Positions 36,561 through 49,619 of a DNA stretch of 64,000 nt are shown here, piece by piece (position 1 is the stretch's first letter; every line of letters begins with the position of its first letter). The notes beneath the pieces were generated by a model that was given only the letters and a program-made list of their open reading frames with translations, was not told the origin of the DNA and made no database searches. Source of the stretch: Raillietiella orientalis (Eukaryota); assembly GCA_036172245.1 (NCBI GenBank), contig JAYWIR010000015.1, forward strand, positions 1,798,001-1,862,000, written 5' to 3'. The position numbers and the translations under genes were made by a program.

Positions 36561-37399
36561 GTCCAGACCTCTTGCCGCTTTCAGGTTCGGAGGAAGGTCG
36601 CAGACTTCAGGACGCAGACCACCATCTGAGTCCTGAAGGTCTGGAAGATGCGTTCTTTTTTTCCTCCGAAACTCTGGGACTGGGGCTCTGGAAGATTCCT
36701 TTCGGACGTCGGCAAGGAGGAAAATGTAAACAAGCGAGTGATCGGAAATCCTCCCGACGGCTCCTTTCTCAACTCCAGGAAGATGAAGAAAATCTTTTCT
36801 TCCCTGATTCATTTCCATCGAGGGTATCCACTTTCAAACCGACCACATCCTGATGGGAAACCGTTACCGGAGTTTCCGGTTTTTCGATTTTCAGGAATTC
36901 CTCATAGGCGCACCGGAAACTTTCGAGTCCTGCAGAAACGGGAGTAACAACGGCAACAAGAAGACGTCTGAAGGGTCCGATGAAGACAAGGAAGAAGGCA
37001 GAAGAAAGAAAAGAATCAACTGCCTTGCCTGTGTGATCGAAAATGGAGAGGGATAGCACGCCCCTCCTGCCATCATCCCTTGATTCGGGCGCGAGGCAGG
37101 AGATCTGTCTCCCTTCCACCATGTTCTTCGAAGTCGAATGCTGGCGAAGCGGAGCGCGGACGCAAGATGCTTTTCAGATCCCCTGCTTCCAATAGGGATC
37201 GCTCGTCAGAAACGGACACGTATCATTCAGGGGAGGTCTCGTGTATCTGCACGGTAATGCCTAAGGGATAGGAGGAAAGGATAGCCCTAACTTGCTGAGA
37301 ACATGGTGGAAGATCGCATAGGGGTCTGGCAGCTGGGAGAGTAGGAGCGTGCTGCGCCTCTAAGCGCGGATCATTTCCTCTACGAAGCAGGGCGAGGAT

Positions 37400-38450
37400 G
37401 CGATGGGTCCTCCCAGAGAACCCTCCATTTCTTTACACTGCACGATAAGACTAGGAGGAACCCCACCCTCATTGCAGGGCAAGGGAGAAAAGAAGCTTTG
37501 TCCAAATAGCCGTTTGGCATGTCCAGGTTTCGAAAGAAGAGGAGCAGAAGGGCGACGCTTTCATAAGATGGAGTTGAAGGGAATATGCGGAGCTGTGCCT
37601 AACGAGGATGAAATAAGGGAAGCAGTATTGGTCCTCGTAGACCGTGACGTGAGGAGCTCGGACCCGCGAGAGCTGCAACGTGCGCTCGTGGAAGCCTGAT
37701 CAAACCATCTGGCCGCTGACTGGCTCCTTCCATAGTCTCCTCCTTCCTTCCACCCCTTCCTCCCTCTTCTCTCCCTCATCATCAGTTACCGTCGATGGCC
37801 ACCGCGACAACCAGCAGCCGCCACTCCCATCGCCTCAGGGTAGCTGTCGCTCCTGCAGGGAGAGGGAAGTAGAAGTCCCACCTTGCGGCTAGACGAACAA
37901 TTTGAGAGGCCAAGAAGGCGGAATGACCTCAATCCATTCTCGGACCTTCAACTGAGCAGTCCGCCTTGCTCGAGCGCTGGTGCCGCCGCAAATGCGTGGG
38001 AGCAGCGAAGAGGAAGAAGCGCCGCCGAGCTGGTCGCATCCGGTGAGTGGCGCTGGTTGCCACGGGCAGCAGCAGTCCGGCGGGGCAACCGCCACGGAAG
38101 GAGTCCGCCGTACAGCAAATCGCCTGCTGAACGGAGCTATGCCGGCGTCGAAGCGCTTCCTGCCCGCGGAGTGGCCCTGGTAGGAGGGCTGCAGGTTCCT
38201 CAGGTTGCGGCTGAAACGTCTGGAGCGCGAACCTCGGTGGTAGCAGCAAGCAGTCCGGGGAAGTCCCGGAGGTCTTATGCGGAGCAGGGGTCCCTGCGAA
38301 CGGCCTCCGCGCGTGGTCCAATAGCTCCTTTGCAGACTCCTCAATCACTCCATATATTGCTTTTACGAAGATCAGGCTGTACATCCCATTCTTCGTATCC
38401 TCTCCTCTTCCAGGAAGGCTGATTGGCCTGCACACCCACTCTTACCTGAA
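37400..38450 (+). mobile_element. L1-like ORF2 RT N-terminal fragment (same lineage as 21040-22620)
   Basis: 'EDEIREAV...SSDP' and 'GRSAAELV'. Inverted homology to ~22030-22490 is obvious (shared CCGAGAATGGATTGAGGTCATTCCGCCTTCTTGGCCTCTCAAATTG). Strand and domain call are less certain than the homology. Confidence 0.55.
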
Positions 38451-38839
38451 ACCTGAAGACCTGCACTCTTCCTCTATCCCTTCCTATCCCTTCCACAAAC
38501 AGGATTGCTCAGTGATTTGACCAAACTGGCAGGGAGAACTCCTCCAGGAGCCACCACTCCAAATGCCTTCGAGATCAGTTACCGGAAGCCATCTGTCAGA
38601 AGGTCAGAGACCTTCTTGACTCGGGTCGTCCGGTCATTCACTGGAAGGAAACGAACAAAAATTTTGCGCCCTTCACATCTCCGGGAATCCTCGTGTTCAC
38701 CCCTGATCACGGGACGTGCCCACTTGAAGAATGAAGGGTACCGGTAAGCTTGTCTTTACTTCCGTTCTGACCGCCTCTTCTTGTAAATCGAGTGACAGAC
38801 TGGTTCCTCGGATCGTTCGGCGCGTGGTCCAGGGGCTGC

Positions 38840-39360
38840 AGCCAGTCTTCGTTTCTACGGCAACTGATGATAGAAGAAACTGTAGATTTCATAGTTAGAT
38901 GGGCTTAGGATCGAGGGATTTTCAAATCCTGAAGTTTTTGATCGTTGGTCTGCGTCCCATGATCCCGGCGATCCCACGAGGATTACGCGTACCGATGTTG
39001 CGATCTCCTCGGAGGGCATCTGGAAAGCACCGCCGCACTCTTGACCCGCTTCGTTCTCCCAAGCCAGTCTGAATGTTACCGGAGTGTTCCCGAAGGGACA
39101 CTCGGTCCAGAGTGATGGCTCGATCTCTTCGTGACAGGAGATCGAGGCCTCGTTGGGGGTCGGCATCTGGCATTTTCTGTCCTCCAGAGACGGCTTCCCA
39201 CTTCCGTCCGTGCCGTCCTCACGGTGCCGGCCGCACCGTGCCGTTGTGTGGACACGCCTTTTGTATGGAAGGAGAGGATGCCGTGGGCACTGTTTTAGGA
39301 CGCGCTGTGGCAATGCCACACCGCATGACATGCAAGTTTGGCCGCTACACATCAAATAAA
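38840..39360 (-). mobile_element. NeSL/Utopia-like CCHC plus restriction-like endonuclease fossil
   Basis: ORF 38855-39403 contains 'CMSCG...RVLKQC', 'ECPFGN..TFRLA' and 'VILVGSPGSWD'. Confidence 0.7.
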
Positions 39361-41497
39361 AGGACAAGACGGGGTGTTTTGGACACGGAAGTTGCTTTTT
39401 CAAGCTTCACATGTCTTGAACAATCCGGGTGTTCCCGTTGCTTATTTTTTTTTTCTGGTAAATCAACCTGAGACGAATCGGGGACAGTCCAACCAGTGCC
39501 CAACAAGGTCGAGCATCTCTGAGGGCAGCATAAGAATGTAAAAAAGGGCTGCTGAGGGCGTTTCTACAGTTTCACCTTTCAGCAGCTCCGCCTTTTCCGG
39601 AAGACCATGCGGAGGAAGAGGATTTCAGTGAATTGCAGTCAGGATCCTGCGGTCAGTGCGAATTCCTGCCGGCGGGAGCCCTCGAGATTAACTTTCTCAT
39701 CCATGACCCTGTAGGAAAGGTTTCTTTTTATTTTATTTTTCTGAGAACACATGCGCCGAAGATTTCTTATCTTCCATAAATACAAGCTGAGGAGTTCCTC
39801 GTACGTTGTAAGTAATGAGATCCGTCTCAAGATCTTGTGTTCAATCCCTTCGTTCAACAAGAAAATCTTCCTTATTTATCTGGGAAGCAATTCTGAAGGA
39901 AAAAGATTGCACAATCCTTTTCCAGTTTTCCATTTCATATCGTTCGCTCAAAGACATCAGCAGTGCTATTTATAGAAATATCTCACGGAGGTGCCCGACG
40001 TGTAATAAAAACATTGTGAATTTACTATGATCTGCGGAAGTTTTTCTTCACAAATCCAGGAAAAGATGGACGACTCAGAAGAGCACACGTGAAGGTTCTA
40101 ATTGATGGCCGGAATCAAGCTGTTTTCTTTCTGTTTTTTTTTTTTTTTCTTCCTCCTCCAGTCTTGTTCTTCCCTGAGATGGAGGAAACAAAACATTTAC
40201 GGAACCGAACGAAGTTTTGAGACGTCTTCTCAATAAACCATTCTTTCTGTATATGAGCTTCAAGATCGGAAACTCTTTTTCTTCCTTATTAGCTGCAAAC
40301 CTCTGAAGACATCTCGCATAAGCGTCTCGCCTTATTAGGAGAGCAATCTTGGATTGTTTTCCTTCCTGTAATTCTTCCATGACAGCGACCGCATCATGTC
40401 CTCAGAAGTCCTCACGCGCGCAACTAAGGAGGCCGTTAGTTCTCAAGGAAACCGAAAGCCTTATCTCCTGAAAAAGAAGACCCCTCCTGTTGCTTGCTGT
40501 TGCCAAAATCCTCGAACCTTTTCCCATTCCCATCGAATCCAACATGAAACCTTTAATGATGTACCTGTTAGTGACCAACGCTGTCAATGAGTAACCTGAG
40601 GTCGGCATTCCGCTGCGCGGAATGAACCCATCCATCTCTAGTCAACTAAATTCCTTTGAATCAGACAATAATGAATGATGTGTGGGGGTATGGTGTTGAC
40701 TCCAGAAGAAACTGTTTCCCCAAATCGTCCGCTATGCTGCAAGTCTGATTTTTATTAAAACGCTAGGTTTCCTGGTCCTAAAGGATGCAGCCAGATTATT
40801 CTGGTCTTAAAACATAGCGGACTCTAGAGATGCTCCACATATCGGCGTATTCAACTTTGAATTACTGGAATCAGTGTTCCTGCTCAATCCCTTACTAACG
40901 TCTCTTAATCATGTCTTGCAAGCGTGTTCTCTGTCAGCTGGTCTTTGTCCGTGGAGAGAGAAAGATGCCTCACTTATCGAGCGAAGTGGATTCAGCGAAA
41001 ATTCCTCAATTCTTTGGAATAGAAGTTCTTGTGACACTTCTCGCTTCATCTCTGAACTTTTCGCTCCCCCGCTTTCGGAGCTACCTGCGACTGGATTCAG
41101 TTCAATCACTTCGCTTCTCGTGGAGCAAAAGATCGAGATTCTGAGAATGATGAAGTTGCCCTTCACTTTCAAGCTGTTTAGGCAGCTTTGGTAGCCAACA
41201 GCAGTCGTTCGCTTATTTCCAATTTGGCCTTTTCAATCACAGTTTGGTAAGTGATGCCTTCTACTGAAAGTAGAAGATAGAAAAAAATCAATAAAAACTT
41301 ACTTTCCACCACGGGCGCTTCGATGGATGTAACAGAGGGGCCTTTCTCTAATAGTTTCGAGATTTTTTAACTGGGGTCTAACGGACCCGGTGGACAGTTA
41401 GTTTTCTAAGTTTCATCTGCTGCGAATCGGAAACGAATCTTCGTGAACAGTTGTGTCTTTCTGAGTTTACAAATACATCAAAATGATTACAAATTCG

Positions 41498-42355
41498 CGA
41501 GGCGCATTTACGAAACTCTTTGCTAAAGCAATGAATGATCGAGTAGAAAGAAAGAACAAAGAAGAGAAACAAAAGTGTCATGATGGTTCGAAACACGTAC
41601 ATCCCGATGTCATTTTTCTACGTAGTCACCGTTTTTTTTCAAACACTTTTAATGCCGTAGAAGAAGCTTTTTGGAACTGTCTGCCTAAAATTCCGCCTTC
41701 TGGGAGTTCAGTCAGTTCAGCAGCACTGCGGTTTCCAACTCCTCTCTTTCCCCCTCGAATCGTTGAGCCACTTCTTGAGGCGCAGGAAGACGTGGTAGTC
41801 AGATGGTGGAACCAAAAGGGTGTGTGCATTTGGAGGACTTTATGGAGCCTGGAACGACCATCATGTCGCAAGTCTACTGTGTACAAACACTTTCAGAGCT
41901 GCAGAGTGTCATTCAGAACCGACGACGTGGAATGCTGAGATCAGGGATCGTTCTTCTCCTTCATGACAACACGCGCCTTGGCAGCACATGCTATCTCCGC
42001 ATTCCAGACAATTCGGAAATTCAAATGGGAACTTTTTGAGCACCCACCTTGGAGTCCTGTCGAGTGACTACCACCACCCCTTCCTTCCTGCACCTCCAGG
42101 AGTGGCTTGCTTCCCAAAGATTCGAGTGGAAAACTGCAGTGCCGCCGAACCGGCTGAGCTGCCAGGAGGCGGAATTTGGTGCAGAGGCTTTCAAAAAGCT
42201 TCTTCCACGGCATCAAAAGTGTTTGGAAAAAAATGGTGACTTCGTAGGAAAATGCCATGGGGATGCACGTGGTTCGAACCACCAGAGCCATTTTTCTTTC
42301 TCTTATTTGTTCGTTCCTTCAATACGATCGGCCCTTACTACTGAGATGCGCCTCG
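41498..42355 (+). mobile_element. Fold-back mariner derivative with two inverted transposase 3' ends
   Basis: 41807-42355 is the transposase 3' half plus TIR, ending GCGCCTCG followed by TA (42356-42357). 41498-41808 is an inverted, diverged 3' end: the minus strand reads 'PSDYHVFLRLKKWL', and a TIR-like CGAGGCGCAT starts at 41498. Confidence 0.9.
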
Positions 42356-42469
42356 TATGTATAGCTTCGTTTGCCATTGCGAGCAAGGATGCAAAATTTC
42401 TGAACATTCAGTGCGATTGTGAATTTATCATGTTGTTGTCCAGTATTAAAAAACACTTCAAGAATGACG

Positions 42470-43700
42470 CAACCTGGAACAAGTTGTTTCCTGGCTGGTG
42501 ATGAACAGCCACAATGGCAGTGCAATAGACGCGAGGCAGCAAGGATGCTGAATCAATTCGAAGACGGAATGTGTGCTTATGCAGCATGTGTGTTTCCATT
42601 GAACGCATTTTCGATCTGCGTCCATGGAATCCAACAAAGTTTTGGCCGGCAGCTCTCTTCTCCACATTCATTTAACATATGCAATTACATATTGCTTAAA
42701 GAACGTGGTAAGTTGATTGGCAAGTTGCTTTCCGATTCCTCACTGGATGCGTTGTTGAACGGGTAGGCACCAAGTTCCTTCCTCTAAAGGGACTCCTCGG
42801 AACGTTCTCGTGCCACGCTTTTTATTCTCCCGTTTTCCCTCGAAATTCACTCGGAATCTTTCCCGTGATTTCCTCGGGATCGCATGCGAATGGGATCATA
42901 TAAATTTGATGACTTTCTGCAGGCTTCACTGGGATGTGCTGAGAGGGCGCACTCCGCGCGCGTTCATGTCGAAATGGATCAGCCTCTCGGAGCGTCTCCT
43001 TCCTTGACGTCTTTATTCACGACCAATGTGTTCCAAAGGAATAAATAGCTACTGTCCTCAGTTAGCTTGAGAGGTCTCGCCTTCTGCTAGTTACGGTCGA
43101 AAGTCTTGGCCAAGTTTATTACTATTTCTTATTATTCTAGGAATGTGGGATTCGTTGCATTTGGTGAAGCGAGGTGTCGCTCGGCGCTCATCGCATTTCA
43201 CCCCCTTCTGCTCATTACATTTTTCCCCACAGCTCGAAGAGTGCTTCCACGCGGACCACATGCTTCTTTTGTATGTTTTGCTCAGCAAAACAGTCAGGTT
43301 CCACCAGCATCAACGAGGATAATGCTCGCTTGACTTTTCTGAGAGTGCATCCTCTTTTGCGAGCTTCCGTTGGAACAAATGGATGCTCGGTTCCTGAAGA
43401 GGTGATTTTAATATTAACGCCATTGGTGCTCCTGCATGATGTCTGGTTTGACTAATTTCACCAAATGACACATCTGGAAACGGTGTTAAAAGTATGTTCA
43501 ATACATAACATGAAACCAGATGAGTCTTTCAGATCCGTGAGCGATGAAGACCGCCGGCATCAAAGCTAGAGGAACGTCTCTGAAACGCATTCGCATCCCA
43601 GAGGGAAAGCTCTCGCAAATCGAAGAGCTTCTTCCGTTTCTGGAAGCAGCGACCACGTTCATTTGTATGGAGACTCGATATCACTTTTGGGGCAAACAAG
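42470..43700 (+). mobile_element. Ac/ZBED-like hAT remnants
   Basis: 'SIERIF' / 'RQLSSP' (dimerization-like, ~42590-42700), 'CMFCSAKQSGSTS...HP' (BED-finger-like, ~43270-43355) and 'EELLPFLEAATTFI' (~43620-43665). The order implies more than one element. Confidence 0.4.
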
Positions 43701-43739
43701 GACCCTTTCGTCACTTCTGTCTCTCGGGTCCTTCGCTCG

Positions 43740-46110
43740 CGGGTCCGTGGCCGTGTCGCTGCGGTCTCCGTGCGCGGTGCCAAAGCGTCGCGGGTTCGAA
43801 TCCCATCCGGGGGAGGGATCGACTCCGAGACATGGGGAGTTGTGTCGCAGGTTTCGAGTTCTCCCCTCAAGGTAACGCTGGTTAATCCATTCGAATGTGG
43901 CACTGGAGGAAGCCGGATGCACCCGATGAGTGGCCGGGATTGGAAGTTGACCCTCCGGAGTCCTTCCAGGAATCGAGGAGGCCGTCCTCTTCAGGGTACC
44001 CATCCGGTTGTGAAAATGGAGCCATGCCCTCCCCCTTCCTCCTACGGAAGGTGACTTCCCATCGCGTACCACGGAGCTGGTTGATATACCCCTCAGGGAG
44101 TTGCCTCTCCAGAGTGTCAAGAAGCTCGCTGCTCCCTTCAGGAGCGACCCTTCAGAGAAAATTCGGAAGCGTCCCTCCGGGGTTCTTTTTGAGGGAGTAA
44201 TCAGGAGAGGATTCTTTCTGGAGATCCCTCCGGAGGAGAAATTCGGGAGCGGATCTTTTCCGGGTTCACCTTCAGAGAAGGAACGAGGGGTAGCCCCACG
44301 AACGGAGGGTCCTTCCGGAGAGAATAAGGAAGAGGTTCCTTTCGATGTTCCCATCGAAGACAAGCAGGAAGGCAGAAACTAATGAATAAATGGTCCATGG
44401 GGCGGCTGGCGGATGCTGCAGCCCGGAGTGTTCTTCCACAAGGACTGCAGCACAGGGTTGAGCTGCTCGGTATTCTTAGCAAAGACCTGGAGTGGCTCCC
44501 AGTGCTCAAGAAGAGCAGTGCCCTGTCCCTGAAGTGACGGGAGTCAGCACTTCTGCTGTCGCACTGGGGTGTTCCCTGCAACGCACACCAACACCACTGG
44601 ACGCTGGGGAGGGCGACTCCAGACTGTACAGATGCTAGGAACCTGAATCCCTCCCGCACCTGCCTGTGGACCGTGCTGCCCTTCGGAGCCTACGGAAACA
44701 TTTCCGAGCGACCCTCAGGGGCGTTTTACGACTCTTCTTCGTGCGTGATGCCCTGCAGCCATCCGTAGTCCTAGCAGCGCTTTGCTGCATCCGCGAAATC
44801 GTGGCGGCCTGGAACGAAGCCGACGGAGGGAGAGACGAGAGGGACGCCGTCCCAGTCCGCGCTGCGCTTTCTGCGGATGGCAGCAGCCAGATGGCCCCAC
44901 CTAGGACCTACTCGGACGGATCCATGCTAGAAAGGATGCAGACTTCCTTCAATGGACGGTGGTCCCTTCCTGACCCTCCCAAAGATTTCTATCTATTTTT
45001 ATTGATTCTTTCTTTTATTTTTCTTTTTGTTTTCTCCCGTCTTTCTTCGTTGTCGAAGAAAGTCCCCCCGCCGGTCTGTGCACCGGCGACCCGGCAGGCC
45101 ACAGACAAAGGAGCGGGGTCGGACCACGCGTGTTCCGTCACAATTTGAGAGTCTTTTTTCAATTTTAAGAGATGTCCCGGGTAGAGATCGGAGACGACCA
45201 GGATGTAAGGTTTCCTCCCAAGCGTTAGAGTAACGGACTTCTTCCTCCGCATTCCCTTCCTGGATTCATAGAATGGTCCCTCCGGGTTACCCCTGTAACT
45301 TGAAGAGCTACGTGTGCCCTCGGGCGGTGCAGTCAGTGTTCCAGAGATTCGTGATTGCCCGCGTCGGAGGTCGTGTGGTTACGGTGGTCTCAGTGGGTGG
45401 CAGCATGCGTTGTGGGTTCGGATACTTCGAAGGAATCGACGCAGTGTGTCGTGGGTTCCGAGTTCACCCTACAAGGTGACGCTGGTTGGCCTACATTCAT
45501 CCAGGTGCGGCACTGGTAGCGGTTGAAACCGGATGTCCCTGATGAGGGCCGGGACAATGGGAGTCGACCTCCGGGTCCTTCCAGGAATCAAGGAGTAGGG
45601 AGTTACCCCTCCGGTTGTAAAGGAGCGAACTCTCTATTCCGTGGGGACCCTCCGCGTCGTACTGATGGAGTAGGTGTGTCACCACCTCTCCAGAGAGTGC
45701 AGAGAAGCGAGCCGATTCCTTCGGGGAAGCTGCGTCTTTCTGAATTTCAGAACGTCCCAGAAGGGCTTCTCCTCTGAAGAGGAGTAAAAACAGGAACGGA
45801 GTCCTTGCGGGGGATCCCTCCGGAGAAGAAATTCCAGGATCGGATCCTTTCCGGGTTTCTTTCAGAGAAGAAAGAATGGAGCGGACCCACGGGGATCCTC
45901 TGGAGAGAATAAGGGAGGAGATTCACTTCTGGATTTCCCTTCGGAGACAACTAGGGTGGAGGTGATCTCCATTTCCGGGGATCCCTCCCCAGGAGTGAGA
46001 GGAACGGAGATAACGTGGGAGCTCCGAGTCCTTCCTGGATTCATAGAGCGGGCCCCTCCTGAGGTAACCCCTATGTTGAAGAATTACCCACCCTCGGGTG
46101 GCGTGGAACC
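43740..46110 (+). repeat. Tandem dimer of a ~0.78-kb unit with a tRNA-like head (SINE- or satellite-like); unit 1 is interrupted by a V insertion
   Basis: 43790-44369 resembles 45410-45956, and 45250-45330 resembles 46030-46105. B-box GGTTCGAATCC at 43793-43803 with A-box-like TGGCCGTGTCG upstream; internal CCCTCCGG subrepeats. Confidence 0.75.
44370..45186 (+). mobile_element. L1/Tx1-like lineage V 3' fragment with target-site duplication
   Basis: 'SHWGVPCNA' and 'ESLPHL.VD.AAL'; ends CCCGGGTAGAG. Flanked by ATCGAAGACAAGCAGGA (44353-44369) and ATCGGAGACGACCAGGA (45187-45203), 14/17 identical. Confidence 0.8.
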
Positions 46111-47488
46111 GTGTCGAAGAACTGCGCAGACAGAAAAAAAGGATTTCCATCATTCGCTCTTCTGTGCTTTGGAAAAGTTGCGAGCGCAACGCGGGGCAGA
46201 AAAAAACACCGTTTCGACCTGCTCCTTCTGCTGCAGAGTCAATCCAAGCCTCATTCTCATTTTCCACGTTTAGAAACACGCCACGTGTTCTCATCAAAGC
46301 AAATGTTCCGATTTTTCATTCTCCTATTTCGTCCTTTCCTCCTTCACAAGATGCATAGGTGCACGAAGTTTTTTGACCGAAGGAAGGGGGAGGGAAGGTG
46401 CTCTGAATTCCAAGAATGGCAATAATCTTAAGCAGACCTGCATTCTATCAAATATACCCAGTTGTGTTGGTAAAGTTTTCGATTTGGATTGATGGGAACT
46501 CCTTGCTCCTCAGCAGCTCTCAACCATCACATCCTGAAGCTACAACAGGCCCAAACATCTGTCTGATTGCGTCACAAGTTAATGGTTGCGAGACTTGCAA
46601 AGTTGCTGGATTCAAAGATCGTTCTCGGAGGGACGCGAAATCCCTGTTCCTAAAGGATTCCGCTGCAATGGAAATCAAGACGGATCCCAGTTCATCTGTA
46701 TGCGCCCAAGAAGCGCCATTTCTCTCATCATTCGAGATGATGACAAGCTGACGAACTTGTTGCGGCAATTACCTCAGAGGGAAACACTTGATTGGGATCT
46801 CCCACCAGAGAATCTCATCACGGTTACAGCGGCGTCGACAAGGAAGCACCCGAGAAGTTTCAAAATGCCAACTCCCCGTTTTGGGGGTTTCTGGATGGAA
46901 GCAGGAAGGGATCGAGTTCAAGTTCTTTCTTTCTTTTTCCTCCACAAGTGCTCTGGAATAAAAGTACTTTTAGAAATTTAATCAAGAACTGATGATAAGA
47001 TAAATGAGCTTTCTTGGTCCCCTCAAGAAGGAAGAAAAGAGTTCACTCTACGCATTATCGTTTTTGTTTTCTTAATGAAAACCCGTTCATTTCTTTGGAG
47101 AGGTTCAGAAAGGACGCATTTTTTGATCTCCCGTTTCAAGTCACGGATTGTAACAAGGAACTGCTCTCAACCGCCTTGCACACATTCGCTCCAGAAGAAA
47201 AACAGAGGGAGAGAGAGGAAAGAAGGACACAGTGGGTGTTGGGCTTTCGGAAAGCACAACGAAATCCCTGTGTGTGGACAATTGCGAATTGATTGGAGGA
47301 AGCAAAAAAAAAAAAACTGCACTAATTACTCCGGTATGATCTTTTTTGCACCCTTCTTCAGCAGGAGCGTAGCTGATAGTCTGTCCACGTTGGATTGTAT
47401 GCAGCTTTTTAATGACCGTCCGGAAACATTTGCAAATATGTATATTTTTTTTCTTTCTTCCCCCCTTCCCCGAGACTGGCTGCTCCTA

Positions 47489-47930
47489 TATTAAGTGCTC
47501 CAGATTGAATTTCGAGGCGCCACTTTCTAAAGTAGACAACGATTTGATTCAATGCGACCCTCCCAACCGTACACGCGTGTGCGTTTTTTCTATTTTTTTT
47601 TTTTTTTTGAGTGCCCGTTCTGAACTGCCATTTGCCCAGGGCATTTCTAAAACCGTTCGCATCGTTTGTTCCGTTCTCGTTGCACCCGAGCAAGGTCTCC
47701 TTGGAGACTCCAGAAAGCTTTCGATTGGCCATTTCCAGGTTACCACTCGGATTGTTCCATCAGATTCTCGAGATGCTGGTTTCGTCTGCATGTATGCGGA
47801 TGCTGCCTCAGGGCGGCAAGAACGCTCAAGTTCCACAAACACAGCCGCTGTTTTGCTTCCGTGGTGGCGAGTATTGGGCCGTGTAAAGACAAGTGAAACA
47901 CCAAGAAATGTGGCGCACTTCTCGTGACTC
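47489..47930 (-). mobile_element. Possible Tc1/mariner fossil
   Basis: 'VFTRPNTRHH' resembles QDNARPH. The terminal 18-mer CTCCAGATTGAATTTCGA (47498-47515) recurs at 49240-49257. Confidence 0.3.
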
Positions 47931-48199
47931 ATGCACTTTTGATGCAGCTTCTTGCTTTACATATAGTAAGCGCGACTGTTTTTCAAGTACATCTAAATTC
48001 AATCCATCCTCGATGTGTCCCGACTATAATTCTCAATTCGAATCGCAAGTCTTTGCGAACGCACCAGCAATGTCCCTCTACTTTCCTTCTGCTTGTTTTT
48101 CGGCATGGTGACTTTTTGATTTATCAAAATCTGTTCTTTGCGGGAGCAGGTCATCCACTTCTAAATTAATCAATGCACAGCGGCAGTATGTTCCGATGT

Positions 48200-48650
48200 T
48201 TGGAACTTGGAGCCACGATCGTCGAAACGGAAATTTGGATCCACCATCACATGGTTGAGGAAGCTGAGCAGATTTTTTAAACTAATTGGGCGTCAGATGG
48301 TCTCCATGGGTGTTTCCTCCGTCCCATTTTCCTGGAGGTCAGCATCTGTTTCAGATGCTGAAAACTGTCGTTCCAGAGAAGAGTTTCGGAAACCGGTTCT
48401 CCTTCTTCAGTGTCGGATAAGTCAGGGTTGATGTGGAAGATGATGGCCTCTCCGGATTGAATGGATCGATTGCGTTTATCGCTTTTCGGTATTTTTTTTT
48501 CCTGTTTTTCTTTTACGAATTCTTCAGCGATAACAACAGAGGAAATTCGCTGCAGCATCACTCTTTCATATCTTGCGCGCTTTGAGTTTCGCCGAACAAA
48601 TTCGAATGGGCTCCAGGAATTCTGCACCCTCTGCTTGGACGTTTGCTTTC
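48200..48650 (-). mobile_element. Ancient mariner transposase fossil
   Basis: 'RYERVMLQRI...IIFHIN...KHP..PSDAQL/FK.LLSFL' parallels mariner Y...L..L / ILHHDN / HP..PSDYHLF. Confidence 0.4.
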
Positions 48651-49619
48651 CTCTTCCAGTGGCAGTGTCAGCTTTTGGAAATTCGAGCTCAGCTTCTTCG
48701 AGCTTTGAACACGCTAGAGTCAGTCTGGCATCCAGCACGTCGCTGCAAGTAAATAAACGCGCGTTTAATGAGTAATAATTAGGAAGATACAGTTATTAAG
48801 GGAATCTCTTCCTTCGATTCCCTTTCGGCCAGCAGCGTGCCTTCCGGCTGAGAGTTGGACACTGGTTCATGATTTTCTGGCAATTTGTTAAGGGATAGCT
48901 AAAAAAAACCGACTCATATAACGGACACAATCACAAGACTGCAGTCGTCCACATGCATCCACATGCCGTGGATAATGCGTCTCAGTGCAAGAGAAGTTCT
49001 TCCTCGAACAGATTAAGCGATTAGGTTGAAATAGAAAAAAAAAAAAAATTCCGGATGTCCCAATTTATGATAACCAAAAAAACTGCTTCGAATTTCGGAA
49101 CTTCATTTCCCAAAGCTCTTCATTTTATCAGAACCTTCACATCAGGAACAGCCATGCTTGAATCATTGCGCCACGCGGAAGACTGCTGCTGGTTCTTTCA
49201 CGAGGGTGTGAGGGATCAAGCCGTGGTCTTCGAGACGTCCTCCAGATTGAATTTCGAAGCAGCTAGGCGCAACCAATGTTGATTCAACTGATTTTGGCCA
49301 ACGGATGTGTAAGTAAGTGATTTGGAATGGAATTTCGACAGTAATTTACACAGCACTTCGAAAGTGGGAAACAGAGGGAACGTGGAAGGCGTAATAATCT
49401 CCTAAGCAACCAAGGTTTCGAGAACACTTGTATTTCAAGTCGAAGCTGACAGCCCCAAATAAGATGGGCTCTCTGGCTGCTCCTGAGAAAATGCCCCGAG
49501 TTTCATTTCAAACGATTCTCAAACTCCTACGGATTCTCGGATTCTTAGCGGCTGGTACGCATTCCTTCCCTTTACTGCATATGAAGATGAAATACGTGTA
49601 TTGGTTCATAACGATCAGG

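Noticed and set aside
42560..42680. GPCR TM3-like 'SIERIF' exon
   Set aside because: It is bounded by stops, and the neighbouring frame fits a hAT dimerization domain better.
43741..43815. Functional tRNA gene
   Set aside because: It has a B-box and T-arm only. I could not fold convincing acceptor, D or anticodon stems.
48277..48738. 153-aa ORF with an upstream splice acceptor as a host exon
   Set aside because: Its motifs fit a decayed mariner transposase, and there are no linked exons.
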